From Eledone cirrhosa (taxonomy: Eukaryota), in NCBI GenBank assembly GCA_964016885.1, contig OZ024746.1:27218001-27282000 (forward strand): DNA of 64,000 bases. The letters run 5' to 3'. The translations under genes and the position numbers were made by a program. Positions 27,908 through 41,825 of this stretch are shown here, piece after piece. A model generated the notes under the pieces. The model searched no databases, was not told where the DNA came from, and saw nothing but the letters and a program-made list of their open reading frames with translations. Position 1 is the first letter of the stretch. Each line of letters opens with the position of its first letter.

Positions 27908-28345
27908 TTTACTTCATTGCTGTAGTGGAGTCTGTGCTGCTGTATGGGTCTGAGACTTGGACACTGACCAAGACCTCACTCAGATGGTGGATGGGTGCTA
28001 CACGAGAATGCTGAGGATGCCTCTGAACATTAATCAGTATACACTGAGGGTGAAAAACTCAGAGCTGTATGGGAGCATCCCAAAAGTCAGCTCAAAAGTG
28101 ACACAGAGGAGACTGAGGTTAGCTGGACATGCTCACCGACATCCAGAGTTGACATTGCACTCAGTGCTCCTTTGGGAGCCCCTACATGGACACACTAGAA
28201 GAGGAAGACCAAGGTTAACGTATGTTGATTCCCTAAGGACAGACACTTGTCTGTTGGAGACGCAGGACATGGCAGCGATAATGAGGGACAGAGACCGCTG
28301 GAGAGAACTCGTCTATGGATCTCAGGAATTTTACCCGCCTTAGAT
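27908..28345 (+). pseudogene. RTE-clade LINE 3' remnant
   Basis: VESVLLYGSETWTLTK; DGCYTRMLR; RRLRLAGH; RRGRPRLTYVD; short repeat tail. Confidence 0.88.
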
Positions 28346-28485
28346 AGATAGATACCATTTAAGTTATTTTGATTATCAATGGGTAGAACTGGTGATTTGT
28401 ATACCCAAACCACCAGTTCTACCCATTGATAATAAAAATAACTTAAATGGTATATATGTATATATATATATACATATATATATAG

Positions 28486-28676
28486 CAAAGAAAGTGTGGT
28501 AAGAAACCAGGTGGACCATAGCGCACCAGAGTACTCGATACTTAGTGTAGTAGAGTGGGTAATAGGAAACGAGTCAGGACCTCGGCGGCTGAGCTCTGGC
28601 CGTTTCGACAGCTAGTTCGGATCTAACTGTCGAAACGGCTGGAGCTCAGCGGTTGGGGTTCTGACTATTTTCCTAT
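28486..28676. mobile_element. Family H hairpin element
   Basis: Diverged copy of 2192-2388, (TA)n flanks. Confidence 0.7.
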
Positions 28677-28684
28677 ATATATAT

Positions 28685-28767
<83 letters not shown>

Positions 28768-28906
28768 CATACATATATACATATATATATATTAATAAAA
28801 GGAATTCCAACTTTGTCTGATTTACTCGTTTTATTTACAATCCTTTAAAATTATAATGATATTATAATGAAATAGTATGGTAGAATATTAAATGTTAAAT
28901 GTTAAT

Positions 28907-28945
28907 TGAACAAGTACTTTCATGCTTTCACAATCTTCAGGTTCA
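28907..28945 (-). ncRNA. Minimal type I hammerhead (family F)
   Basis: TGAAC-CTGAAGA-TTGTGAAAGCAT-GAAA-GTAC-TT-GTTCA; CUU triplet. Confidence 0.82.
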
Positions 28946-28986
28946 TATTCAGTGGTGACAGTCAAGTTTGCAATTTTCAACTGAAA

Positions 28987-29025
28987 TGAACCTGAAGATT
29001 GCGAAAGCATGAACGTACTTGTTCA
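28987..29025 (+). ncRNA. Minimal type I hammerhead (family F), core mutated GAAA to GAAC
   Basis: TGAAC-CTGAAGA-TTGCGAAAGCAT-GAAC-GTAC-TT-GTTCA. Confidence 0.65.
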
Positions 29026-29164
29026 ATTAACATTTAACATTTAATATTATACCATACTATTTCATTATAATATTATAATTTTAAAGGATTGTAAATAAAA
29101 CCAGTAAATCAAATTTAGAATTCCTTTTATTAATATAATCTTCTATACACAATCATACACACCC

Positions 29165-29252
<88 letters not shown>

Positions 29253-30317
29253 GTGTGTGTGTGGTTGTGTGTGTATATGTGTGTGTGGGTCTGTGTGTGT
29301 GTGTGTGTGTGTGTGATGTAAATGTGTGGGATTTTTTATGCTCATACATATAACTTACATGTAGAATCATAAAAAAATCCCACACATTTACATGAAGAAA
29401 CAAAAACTGCACACATATGCAGTAATTGAAAAGTGTACATTCAGCAGTTCCGCCGATCTTTCTTCAAACCGTTTCACATATACAAAATACCAAATATAAG
29501 AAAACAACAGCAGTAACTATGGAAGACCATCAATAAGAAAAAATAGAAACAAATCGATAAATCAAAATACAAGGCACATATAAATGTGCTACAGCATTCT
29601 TCTTTACAATATATGGAAAAATAAATTTATGCAAATTACGTTAAAAACATCAACGATAATGATAATAATATTAATAATAATAATACCGATAACGATATTA
29701 TTCATAATTATAGTAGTAAATAATAAATATAAACATAATTATGATAACGTTAATAGTAATAATAATATTAATAGTAGTAATAATAATAATAATGTTAATA
29801 TTGATAATAATAAATAATGGTGATAAATTTTTCTTTTTTCAATTTCTAAACTCGTTTTTTTTTTAAATACTAACTTTCGATGTTCATTAACCAGAAGACA
29901 AAATAAATAAATAACTAAAAAAAAAAAAAAAAAAAAAAATAAATAAAAATCAAATTTTGAAAATATAAAAAAACAAAATAAAAAAACGTTAAATTCTATT
30001 GATAGAAAAATTTCCTTTATGAAACGGGTCAAATATAATTCTACTTCAGTAATTTCTTTATCGTTTTAGCTATTAACAATCTAACAGCAAAAAAAAAGAC
30101 AAAAAGAAAACTATTTTTAAAAAATAGTCAAAAAAAGAAACATAATAAAAGGGAAATATTATTTGATAAAGGTCTATTGAATTTCCTAAATGACTTCGAC
30201 ATTTTTCATTTTTTGTTTTTTCAAACTTAATTGATTTTTCAATGAATTCCTATATGTAGCAACATTATATTTCGATATTTTCTATATTTTCTTTACTCTC
30301 TACAGTCAAATTTATCG

Positions 30318-30360
<43 letters not shown>

Positions 30361-31271
30361 TATTATTATTATTATTCATTGATTATGTTACTATTAATAT
30401 TATTTGATTATGATTATTATTATTACTTAATTATTTATTCATTTATTATTTAAAATATTTTTTTATTATTACTACTGTTATTCTTATTATTTATATTAGT
30501 ATTGTTGGTATTATTATTAGTCTTATTATTATCATCATATTCATCATCTTTTTCCTTTTTCTATTATTATTGTTGTTATTATTATTAATTATCATGTCGA
30601 TATTGAATTCGTTAATTTAACTGTACGAGCCATATTTACTATATTTCTATGCTCTGTAGAGCGGCCTTTTCTCTATGTTACACAAATTAATTTCTTAAAG
30701 AAATATTGTTTAAAACATTAAAAATTCTAACCATTAAATATCTAAATGAAGTCAATTAAAATTACAAAAAAGAAAACAAAAGCAATGAAACGAATTATCA
30801 TTAGCAACGACAAACATAGCAGCGGTAGCAACAACATTAGCAACAATAAAAGTAGTAGCGGTGACAACAACAACAAGATCAACATGAATTGTTGCCATAG
30901 TGAAAAAATAAAATAAAATAAATATATAAACATTTATAGAAAAAATCAAGCAACAAACAAGTTGAAACGTAGTAACAGCTGCCAAGCTGAAAACTAATAA
31001 AAATGATAAAGTTTAATTTAGTGGCATCGAAATAAATTTAAATAATAATATTTTATTTAGATTAGGCATGAGGCCAATCAATTTTGTATGTATGCAACAT
31101 GTAAAAATTAATGTATTTATTAAAGTACGAAATTACATTACAGACACTTCTGGGATGAAAAGAATATTTAAAACAGTTGGGATTTGAACTCACAACATAG
31201 CAAGATACAACTCTATACTGTAATGGAACTCTCTACAGTTTTTAGTTACTCCACATAATTGAGGTTTTAAT

Positions 31272-31461
31272 AAATGTTCCTACGTTTGGTACAAGGCCAG
31301 CAATTACCCAGTGAATTACTGGTACTTTATTTTATCGATCCCGTAAGAATGAAAGGCAAAGTTAACTTTGGCGGGATTTGAACTTAGACCGCAAAGGGCC
31401 GTAACTCTATGCTGCAAAGCATGGCGTCCGACTCTCTACGGATATTGCCAATCCACCGCCT
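31272..31461 (-). mobile_element. tRNA-derived SINE (main family)
   Basis: Reverse match to consensus. Confidence 0.85.
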
Positions 31462-31749
31462 TTGAGGTTCTGATAATAATAAAAGATTTTGAATTAGGCA
31501 CAAGACCAACAATTTAGGGGAGGTGGAAAGTCGACTTAAATCTACTCCACTACATGACTGGTAATTTATTTTATCGATCCCAAAAGGCAATAAGTTCCAA
31601 TTAGGTACAAAGCCAAACATTTATGAGGAAGAAAAGGGTGATTGAACTTATTTGATCGATTTTCAAAGGTTAAATGGTACATCTAACCGCACTTTTATGT
31701 AAAAAAATCGTAACTAAATATTGCCAAGCATTTTGACCGCTATTTTGTC

Positions 31750-32125
31750 TATTTGAGGAAACAAGGACAATGATTTAAGGGTACAAGGCCTACTATTTGA
31801 GGGTAAAAAAGAAGCTATTTGAGAGTACAAGGCCATCTATTTGAGGGTACAAAAGAAGTTATCTGTGTGTACATGACTAGCTATTTGAGGATACAAAATA
31901 AGCTGTTTAAGAGTAAGAGACCAGCTATTTGAGGGTAGAAAAGCAGCAGCTATTTGAGGGGACAAAAGGAAAAAAATCCGCTATTTGAGGGTACAAGGCC
32001 AGCTATTTGTGGATACAAGGCCAGTTATTTAAGGGTACAAGGCCAGCTATTTGAGGGTACAAGGCTAGCTATTTGAGGGTACAGGGACAACTATTTGAGT
32101 TGTACAAGGTCAGCTACTTGATGGT
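31750..32125. repeat. ~22-bp minisatellite gctatttgagggtacaaggcca
   Basis: About 15 degenerate units. Confidence 0.8.
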
Positions 32126-32170
32126 AAAGGAAATGTTTGATTAATTGCAGTCATATAATACTTTTTCAAA

Positions 32171-32330
32171 GGCGACGAATTGGCAGAGTCGTTAGAACGC
32201 GAGATAGAATGCCTTGCGGTCTTTGTTCTGGCTCTCTGTTTTCTGAGTTTAAATCCCATCGATGTCAACTTTGTCTTTCATCCTTTTGAGGTCAATAAAA
32301 CTGTACCAATCTAATTCTCGAGTCGATACG
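32171..32330 (+). mobile_element. Older SINE copy related to main family
   Basis: ggcgacgaattggcagagtcgttag...gagtttaaatccc...ctttcatccttttgagg. Confidence 0.7.
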
Positions 32331-34164
32331 TCCTCTATATCTTTCTCATTTCCCCTCTCACTTTCTATCCTTCTCTAAAAGAAACCTGTTGTGTTCAGAC
32401 CTTGAAAGGGATGGGCTCTGTCAGGCTTAAAATGCCGTAAGCCACTACCGCGCCCCTACAACTCCATCACGAGTTAAGGGACCATGTATGCATACAATAT
32501 TTTCCCACTTTTATATAGCTTGCTCTAAATGACAGCTTAGAAAATCGAGTACAATACTCCTATGGACGGAAAAAGTGGTTAGCTGCGACTACGCAGAATT
32601 GAACTCTGTATCTCTCAGATACAAGCTGCCTGCTCTCACCATTAAGCTTCATAATGTCTCAGCGCTTCTCTTCGAAAGTTTGATGCTTTACATACAATGT
32701 AAGTTTTAGTATTCTAATTTGGACGGGGTTGCTGTGAGAGGTTAGAGCAGGGAGCAAGCAACTGCTATCTGAAAGATATGTAGTTCGGTTCTCCGAAGTG
32801 ACAGCTGTTCGTTTTTTTTTCGTCCACAGGAATATTTTACCCGATCTTCTAAGCTATTATAGCGATCGACCGTATTTGCAGTTATTTCTGTGTCTGTGTT
32901 TCTTATATTTTCTTTGGGTTTCGTAATTCCCAAGGGCTTCCCTTCGAAAGTTCAATGTTTTACATACGATGTATGTACAATAGTCAAGTGCTGATTCCTT
33001 CCCTCTTCAATCACCTATCATTCCGTCTTATTTATTGCTATTCTCATAAAAAAATGTTTTTGTACATCCCTGATCACCGTCATTTATTTTTCAATGTCGT
33101 CCCTCTATTTTCTACACTGTCTGCCTCGTAAATATATTTACAAATACGCAATAGGTAAAATAATATACTACTATCACGTTAAACACAGTTAAGTAAGTTA
33201 AACCAAACATAGACTTACAAATACTTAAGAATTAATGAACTTGATGGTGTACAGCACGCATAAATGATAGAAAGGTTTTGGCAGGGATAATATAAACTGA
33301 TTAGAATAATACTAAAACAGCGATAAATGCCAATACAAGGTAATATTATAACTGTTCCAGTAATAATTTACAATTACATTATTCTCATCTGCAAGTTAAG
33401 TGAATTAGTAAGACTGTTCAATAAAATAAAGCTATAACTTTATCTAGAATACATCATCAAAACTGCTAGACGAAATTACATTCATCACAAATACAGTGAA
33501 TTATTGTTTTTGTAACTTGATAATTATTTAAATATCTACTGAATGACTATAAAAAATATCGAAATGTCTAGTAAAGAATAAGAGGGACTAAAATGAATAG
33601 TAACAAAAATACGAACAAATATACACTGCTTTTCATTGTTAAGGAAGCAACTGAGGAAATATATATATCTATGAGGTGGACAGAGAAAGGACCACTAAAA
33701 ATAGTTTTAATAGTGTAAAATGGGTTTGCAGAATGTCATATTAAGGGGTTGATAAGAACAGGCCTAACATGCCAAAACACGATACGGTAGATTTTCTTAA
33801 AGAAAATATTCAACTCTGGATGAGACGTACAGGACTACGACCTGAGGCCAAAGGATTTTTGATAGCAATTAAAAAAAAGGGGAAGTCCTTTCATCAGACA
33901 TTACCAAAACACACACAAAACGCAACAACATGGAGCAGAATATAAAAGGTAACTGGCGTATATGTTGGATGGACACCAAGAATCAATCAATGACAGGAGG
34001 AATCGATTATCTTTAGACCGAAAGTCTGCAACAAAGTGAATTGTACTAAATGCACCAAGGACCAAATTAAGGTTTCTATATAGACTTAAAGTACGCATTT
34101 ACCAAAGATCCCTACCAAGGCTTTCTTTAATAGACCAATGTTTTGGTAGAAGACAATTGTCGGT

Positions 34165-34400
34165 GATCTAGAGTCATCATCATGCTTAAAGCCGACCAGG
34201 TCCATAAGTGCCCTCCATCGCTGGTGGTCCCATGCCAGTCTTTCTGCATCCTCAAAGGTGAAGTTGAGCCTCTGGAGATCTTCCATGATTACATCCAGCA
34301 ATCTGGTGTGGGTGCTGCCACGGGACCTCTTCCAGCATGTAGTTGCTTCATCGAATGAGAGTAAGGCCCTGGTAGGATGATCTGGTGACAGGCGGAGGAC
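34165..34400 (-). pseudogene. RTE-like LINE 3' remnant
   Basis: GRGPVAAP and LDVIMEDLQRLNFTFEDAERLAWDHQRWRALM resemble RTE ORF C-terminus. Confidence 0.65.
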
Positions 34401-36855
34401 ATGTTCGTACCAGCGACATTTAACGATTTTCCTGATATGCCCAAATTGCTGAGCTTGTGCGTAAAATAGAAATGTTTTTTCAATGAGTCATTAACACACT
34501 AACCATCACTTTTTCTTCAAATAGCGAGGAGAAGTAAATTGTAATGTGTGAAACAAATAGTATGCCTAGTAACTAATCTCGGTCAGATATTAAAATTACA
34601 AGAAGTCTGTGAGGCTTAAAGTGGAATCGGGTCTTTAATGTTAACTTCATTTATTCAGATCTTACAAATGTATTAGATTTTCTGTGTTATTTTATATAAT
34701 GCAAACACGTATGTTGAATCAGTGAGCAATGCATAACATATATAAATCATAACCATAATAATTATTTCTATCTTTATCGATACGAATACATCAAAATCAA
34801 ATGATTAAGGAAGTGAATAGTGAGTAGTGAGTTGGGACATTTGAATATATTATCAATCATGATTCGATTATAAACTCCTGCATTAAAAACTACATCACGT
34901 GACATAAAGCAATTATAATGAGATTAATAATAAATTAGAATAAAGAAGGAACAAATGTGTGAGATCAAAAATGGAAGAAAAGAAATCAGAAAATTAATAT
35001 TTAATCTCATGTGTTTTGACACAACAATTAGAAAGTATTTATTTCATTATATCCTCTAGACGTTGCCAATAGTGATATATGGAAATGATAAATAAATAAA
35101 CAAAACAGAAATAGACAAATAAAGAAATAATCCATCATAACACACTTTCTAGTAATATTGTTATCTAGTTCAAAATTATAATAATAGGATGTGTGCACAG
35201 CTATAAATCAGAAGCCATCATTACAGGATGTAAAACGGAAATGTTTGCAGCCACATACATACGCGTCAACACACTGAAACAAAAAAAAAATTATATACAT
35301 ATACACACATATTGTACTAATATAATCGATTTTCTTTCCTGCTATTTAATTGGTGTGCTACCAATATATTTACAAATATCGAATAATAATAACATATAAA
35401 AAATTTGAAAAAGAAAAAAAAAAATCTTTGCACGGCTATAGAATGTAGGTCAGCGTTTGATAGGCTTAGGCCGACTCACTATTTAATAATATGTTATTGA
35501 GGAACTGTGTAGAATTTATTTCTAAAATTGTACGTGGATGTTTTCAGATTTTCTTGTAAGTAGTATTTAAGCTGATTATCCAAGTTCCATGGTAATTTAA
35601 CTTGTATTTGGATTATGGAAGTGATGTAAACTATATGTGTAACGTACATTCACATCACCTGAAGATAATTAAATGTCGTTTTATCGCAAACATATTTGAA
35701 CTAAATTCACTCTTAATACCGGTCTCTACGATATTTAATAACGAACCTGACGTCCAAGATATAATTAATGCTGGAAAGTATTTATTGGCCTTCTATAGTA
35801 ACCAAACTCTCCGTGTGAGGGGGCAAAGGAAGTGTATATTTACATTGTCTACCATAGATAAATGTTTTTTTTTTTTGTTTTCATCGTGAAAAATCTAAAG
35901 AATCACTTTTAAGTCTTAATGATATCTACAGAAGAGAAATTCCCTACGTTTGGAATGCACATCGATGTAAACAATACAGTTACGTTAATATTCATTGTTT
36001 TCTTAAATCGTGGCTTTAAAATAAACACGTCACACTTATATTTTCTTCGATCGCAACAAGATGAAGAGTTACAAATAAACCAAGCAGGAAAAGAAAAGAA
36101 GCCGATGGTCAAATTGTACAAAGAAGCCGATGGTCAAATTGTACAAAGAAAACAATGTTCTATTAGTCTTTCCAATACTGATACTCTTTGCCTGAGACAG
36201 AATTTGAAATCGGAACGCACATAGCTGTAACAGATACCATTCAATTCTTTAAAGTTTCCACAAATCCACTGCTCTTAGATTTATATTTTATTTATCGACC
36301 ACGAAAGGAGGAAAGGACAAGTTGTTATTGATGGGATTTCAACGCAGAGCAGGTGGGTTGTGTCAATAACATTTTAGGGTAATGTTAGAACATTGCTCTA
36401 AAATTTGTAATTTTTCTGATCAGGGCACTAGGTTTGCTCTAAACGTTAGATATTTATTCTTACAGTATTAAAACGTATCTCATTATTCTCTGTACAATGT
36501 GAGAACTCAACTCATGTGTGTGCCTCCACGTGTTCACTTTATCTGCTAGAAAGAGTAAAATATCCTACAAATTACACCTTACATTCTTACAAATGAACAT
36601 TTTGGAGTACGCTATGCCAAGGAAAAATGCAATGATTACAGTTGGAATCCTTTGATAAAATGTTTGCTCAATGAAAGCAGGCTTGGAATTAAAAAAACAA
36701 CATCTATTGTATCTTAAGCTGAATAAAATATTTAAACACTCTTATATACATATTGGAATGTTTGTTTGAATTTAATAGTGACTGGTATCCTTAACGTAAT
36801 TCTCGGGGAGATTCAGCGTGACACAGTGTGAGATAGCTCGCCATTTGAATTACAG

Positions 36856-37045
36856 CGGACCTGTCAACTCTCCCCGTCCGACGAGGAGATCTCCCACCCA
36901 CTTTGGGGTGGTGAGTGATGTCTTCTCTTGTGAAAATGGGTATAGTTTTCATTATGTAAAATCTCCCCATTTTACCTCATTTCTCCCCGTTTTGGGGCAC
37001 CTTTCATGGTACTCCCGTTTGAGGTTTTAGAGGCTAGCAGGTATG
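36856..37045. mobile_element. Putative MITE inserted into a SINE
   Basis: Imperfect TIRs (acctgtcaac / gctagcaggt); TTACAG duplicated at 36850-36855 and 37046-37051. Confidence 0.5.
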
Positions 37046-38698
37046 TTACAGGTAAATACTATTTCGTGTTATAGTGTACGTGGCTGCACATTCCAAAGAC
37101 ACGTGTAGCCTTAACGTAATTGTTAGAGAGATTCAGCATCAACAACTCGGTGTTAAGGCTACAGTCCATATGGCAAGCTTCCAAAAAGTTTCCATCTATT
37201 CTATCTCACTGAGAAGGATTTGGTCAACCAGAAGTTATAGTAAAATTTGTTTATTGTCTGGGATCGAACCATAAACAATTTAACCATAGTGCTATTAGAT
37301 AATGACGGAATTATTGAAGCAAAATGTTGGTGGCACTACATAGTCATTAGTGATATTTATATTGCAGGGAAAGATGCAATGAAGACAACTTTTGACTGAG
37401 CACGCTCGAGGGATTTCACATCATACGTGTTTAAGTATTTACTTAGTTGCTCAAGTAATTATCGTCGATATATAATTAATTTCATTTCGTTTTTCTCCTT
37501 CGCATAAACATCTATAGCATTTATGAAGGTTTCATGCAGCATGATTTCCGCTGAAAAGAAGCCACAAAAGTTTTCTGAAATCTGCCTTATTTGTAATTAT
37601 GGAATAATAAGTTCAATTAGACTGAATATATGGTGGATGGTTGACAGCGACATTTTATATTTCTTGAGATATATGTATTTTTTTCTTAATATTTACCGGA
37701 GAAAATATTTATTCAAAATTCGGCATAAGACCAGAAATATCTGCAGGTAATAGTTGGGAGAAGAGGGGAGAGGAAATGTGTGGATAGGAGAGGGGTGGTG
37801 AAAGGAGAGATGGATAGTGTGAGGTGAGAGGGATAAGAGAGAGAGGCGGAGATAGGAGAGATAGAGGAGGGGTGAGAGGAAAGGTATATGAGAGAGAGGG
37901 ATGAGAGAAGGTTAAGAGGAGAGAAAGGAGTGGTGAGAGGAGAGTGAGGGGTGGAATTTATTCTACTGCCTTACTACATACACACACGCAGTGATTCTAA
38001 CGTACATACACACACACACACACAATAATACCGACGTATACACACATACATACACACAGTGTGATACTGACGTACAGAGACATACTTATACACTCACACA
38101 CACGCGCGTATACACGAAATATATAATAAGGTGATAATGGTTAGAAGCTTACTTCGCAATCATATGATCACGTGTTTGATCTCACTGAACAGTATTTTAG
38201 GTATAGCCTCGTGTCATTCTAAATACGAGTTGAGTTAGTCGAAATAAAGTTAAGTTTAAATGAACATGCAAATTTAGGGGCGGCGTAACTGGGGGGAGGG
38301 GCAGGCACCCTCCCCAATAATTATATTTTTCTCCCCAAACTACCAAAACACACATCTATTTGTATATGCGCTACAATTTATGTACATGTTATGTTTATCG
38401 TATATCGACATTTTTTATATCTTGGTTGATATTTGATAATAACAGTGTAACATATGTTAACCTTCATAGTAAATTCTTTTGTCGTGTCATAACTTTTTTA
38501 CCACACATCCCTATTTACCAATTGCTAGTATTTGAATTCAGAGGCAGATTTCATAGGTCATTTTGCTATTATCAATTTATAATTATTGAAAGCTGTAAAT
38601 GTGATATGACCTGCTTGGACTCAAATTGCATTTTCTGACCATTTTAGAGTCCAGAGCTAAAGAGTGTATTGTTGAGGATTGTAAGGGAAAACCGTGAA

Positions 38699-39500
38699 GT
38701 AGATATATAGAGATGGAGAGTATAGTGGTAATTGATATAGAGAGGGTTATTGAAAGAGAGTGTTGTATGGTAGATATATATAGAGGGAGAGTATAGTGGT
38801 AATTGATATAGAGAGGGTTATTGAAAGAGAGTGTTGTATGGTAGATATATAGAGATGGAGAGTATAGTGGTAATTGATATAGAGAGGGTTATTGAAAGAG
38901 AGTGTTGTATGGTAGATATATATAGAGGGAGAGTTTGTTGGTAATGTATAAAGAGAGCGGGATTCAGGGTGTGTTTTGTATGGTAGATATAGAGAGTTGG
39001 AGAGTGTAGTACTAATTAATATAGGGAATGAGAGCCGTGTGGTAGATATAGAGAAGGGAAGATGTAGTATTGATTGATATAGAGAGATGTTGTATATTAG
39101 ATATAGGGAGGGGGAGAGTTTGGTGGTTGTAGATATATGGAGGGGAATAATAAGAGAGTCTGGTGTAGTAGATATAAAGAGGAGTAGAGATTGATGTTAA
39201 TGGATGTCGAGAGAGGAATAATAAGAGTGTACCGTGTGGTAAATATAGAGAAGGGGGAATTTGGCGGTAATGGATATAGAAAGGAGGATAATGAGAGTGT
39301 TTTGTATGAGAGATTATGTATAGAGAGTGTTGTATGGTAGATAGATATAGAGAGGGGTATTGAGAGAGAGTGTTCTAAGGTTGGTGTAGAGAGGGGGAGA
39401 GTTTGTTGGTAAGGAATAGAGTGAGAGGATTGATAGAGATATGTATTTATAGATATAGAGTGGGGAGAGTTTGCTAGTGATGGATAGAGTGATGGGAATG
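38699..39500. repeat. 71-bp tandem repeat (about 3.3 near-perfect units) decaying into GA-rich repeat
   Basis: gtagatatata restarts at 38699, 38770, 38841, 38912. Confidence 0.85.
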
Positions 39501-40203
39501 AGAGAGAGAGAGAGAGAGAGTGTGTGTTTAGATGCTTACCTGATGGACAGACCCTGTAATTTAAAGTGTCAACCCTACCACACTCTGTGTTATGCTGAAT
39601 CTCCCTGAGAATTACATTAAGGGTGCACGTGTCTGTGGAATGCTAAGCAATTTACACTTTAATACAATATGGACACTATGGACTATACATGTAATTTAAA
39701 GTCCTAGCTTTGTGAAACATTGTGCCACGCTAAATCTCGCCTAGAATTAACGTGACATCATCACGCGCTTCCACGTTCATTCCATGAGCAGCTTGTTCCA
39801 CTCATCGAACAGCTGGGAAACTCATCGTAGAATCCGACAGAGGCCCCTTCAGTTCCAGTATCTAATGATGCACCATATATAATGTGTCCCTTGCTATTAT
39901 GTGAAATCCGACACAGAGACGGAGGAAAACGACAAAAGACATCTATATATATTAATCCACGTATATCAGATAACATATCAGGTGATGACAAAAAATGTGT
40001 CCTATTACTCAGGACATAAATTAGTATACATTTTAGATTATGATGAATACATCATTAATTAATTATCTTTGTGCATCCACTCCACGCCTCCCAGGACAAG
40101 TTGCAAGCCCATCGCCAGTTCTTGTGGTGTAGGATGGAAACTGCAATATATTTTTCGAACAATGTCCTTTACCTAAAGCCTGAACGCCTCCCTTGCTATC
40201 ACG

Positions 40204-40254
<51 letters not shown>

Positions 40255-40264
<10 letters not shown>

Positions 40265-40515
40265 TGTATATATAGTGTATTTTGCAATACACTGTACGCT
40301 TAATTAAAAGCACTTCGAAGACCTTACGCTATTGTTTTAGAGTAGTGACAGTCTCACTTACTTTAAATTTTCCGCAAACAGGGGAGACTGTCATTACTCT
40401 AAAACAATAGCGTAAAGTCTTCGAAATGCTTTTAATTAAGCATACAGTGTATTTCAAAATACACTATATATACATTTATATATATATATATCGCTATTTC
40501 AGAGCACCAATTCTA
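40255..40515. mobile_element. Fold-back fragment of family G (no HHR retained)
   Basis: Inverted arms tgtattttgcaatacactgt...gtgacagtctc; same family as 60812-61450. Confidence 0.78.
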
Positions 40516-41276
40516 ATTTTTATATATATATAAATGAAAATATAGAAATTAATGTGAGCAAGAAGCCAACAGTATTTGATAATATATAAGTGACTATAAC
40601 GTCAAAATGGAAAATAATTAACGTAAGATATGGGAAAATAATTCAAACTCAATTCAAAAAAATCAAGACAGAGATTTTATCCACAGATTTTGTGAAATCC
40701 AGGGAAAAAACCAATAGAATCTTAACTCAGAATAAAATAAAGTTTAAATACTCATCCTTCAATTTAGAAAAACTACAAATGCTCTATATAGTCTTAAAAA
40801 GACTATTTCTCGAAACTTTTCAGTGGTATTAGTCACGGTAGGAATCGTTCCTCAGTAGAGCTCTACACGATAACCAAAATACCACTGCCAAAATATGCCA
40901 AAAAGGGAATTTAAAAGTAGGCTAGTTCACCTCGTGCGGAATTATGAAAATAAACACACATGGAGAAACATGGCTGGTGACGTCAGAATGAGACGAATGT
41001 CTATTTACAAGAAACAGCAGTCAAAAACATTCCGAAAAAGCTCTACAAAATGTAAGGAGTTCAGCAAAATAGCAATAAAAAAAAATAAGACCGGGATTAT
41101 TCACAAATAATTTTAAGCACTCTAGGAAAAATTCCGAGTATAAATATAAAAATATATATATATTTCCAGTTCCTCGTAGGACTAACAACACACCCAGGAG
41201 CTGGACATATCGATGAATTGACAGAGTGGAACACATTTCAATACCATGTTTACCTGTTCTCTCTACATTAATTCGT

Positions 41277-41332
41277 ACTGCCCGAAGAGGTCACAGCCAA
41301 TAATAGCTGTCATTGAAATATATATATAACAG
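41277..41332 (+). ncRNA. Hammerhead motif related to family B, U4C variant
   Basis: CTGC-CCGAAGA-GGTCACAGCCAATAATAGCTGTCATT-GAAA-TATATATA-TA-ACAG, ~45 bp before (TA)n. Confidence 0.65.
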
Positions 41333-41375
41333 AGAATTTATAATAAACGAAGCCAAATTTAACATGTTTGACTTA

Positions 41376-41463
<88 letters not shown>

Positions 41464-41522
41464 GATGAAATCGAAAATGCAACTGGAGTCTTATTAAAAA
41501 AAATATATATATATTTATTTGG

Positions 41523-41564
41523 TTCCTTTACCGGTTTCGCCGTTCTTCTGCTTTTCAAAAGTAG
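41523..41564 (-). ncRNA. Hammerhead motif with U3-A8 core (family I)
   Basis: CTT-TTGAAAA-GCAGAAGAACGGC-GAAA-CCGG-TA-AAG on reverse strand. Confidence 0.62.
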
Positions 41565-41598
41565 ATGTGAGAAAAACCACAGACCCTCCATCTCAACT

Positions 41599-41640
41599 CT
41601 ACTTTTGAAAAGCAGAAGAACTGCGAAACCGGTAAAGGAA
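41599..41640 (+). ncRNA. Hammerhead motif with U3-A8 core (family I)
   Basis: TTGAAAA 41605-41611; stem II GCAG/CTGC; GAAA 41625-41628; palindromic CCGG; GUA triplet; stem I only ~3 bp. Confidence 0.68.
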
Positions 41641-41794
41641 CCAAATAAATATATATATATTTTTAAAAATAAGACTCCAGTTGCATTTTCGATTTCATCT
41701 TTTTTTCTTTATACTTTCACTCGTGTAGGACACCTCGGTTATTTTTCATTTTGTAAAAAAAAACCTCACTTTCTAATATATATATATATATATG

Positions 41795-41825
<31 letters not shown>

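Larger units (their letters stand above)
28790..29136. mobile_element. Fold-back HHR element, family F
   Basis: ~160-bp inverted arms with ~25-bp spacer between TA tracts. Confidence 0.82.
41459..41704. mobile_element. Fold-back HHR element, family I
   Basis: ~105-bp inverted arms next to (TA)n. Confidence 0.8.

Noticed and set aside
35690-35815. Peptide TIFNNEPDVQDIINAGKYLLAFYS resembling a DNA transposase C-terminal segment
   Set aside because: Too short to assign; no TIRs or further coding sequence found.
39761-39991. 76-aa non-repetitive ORF
   Set aside because: Part resembles the end of the second SINE family; no splice or homology support.
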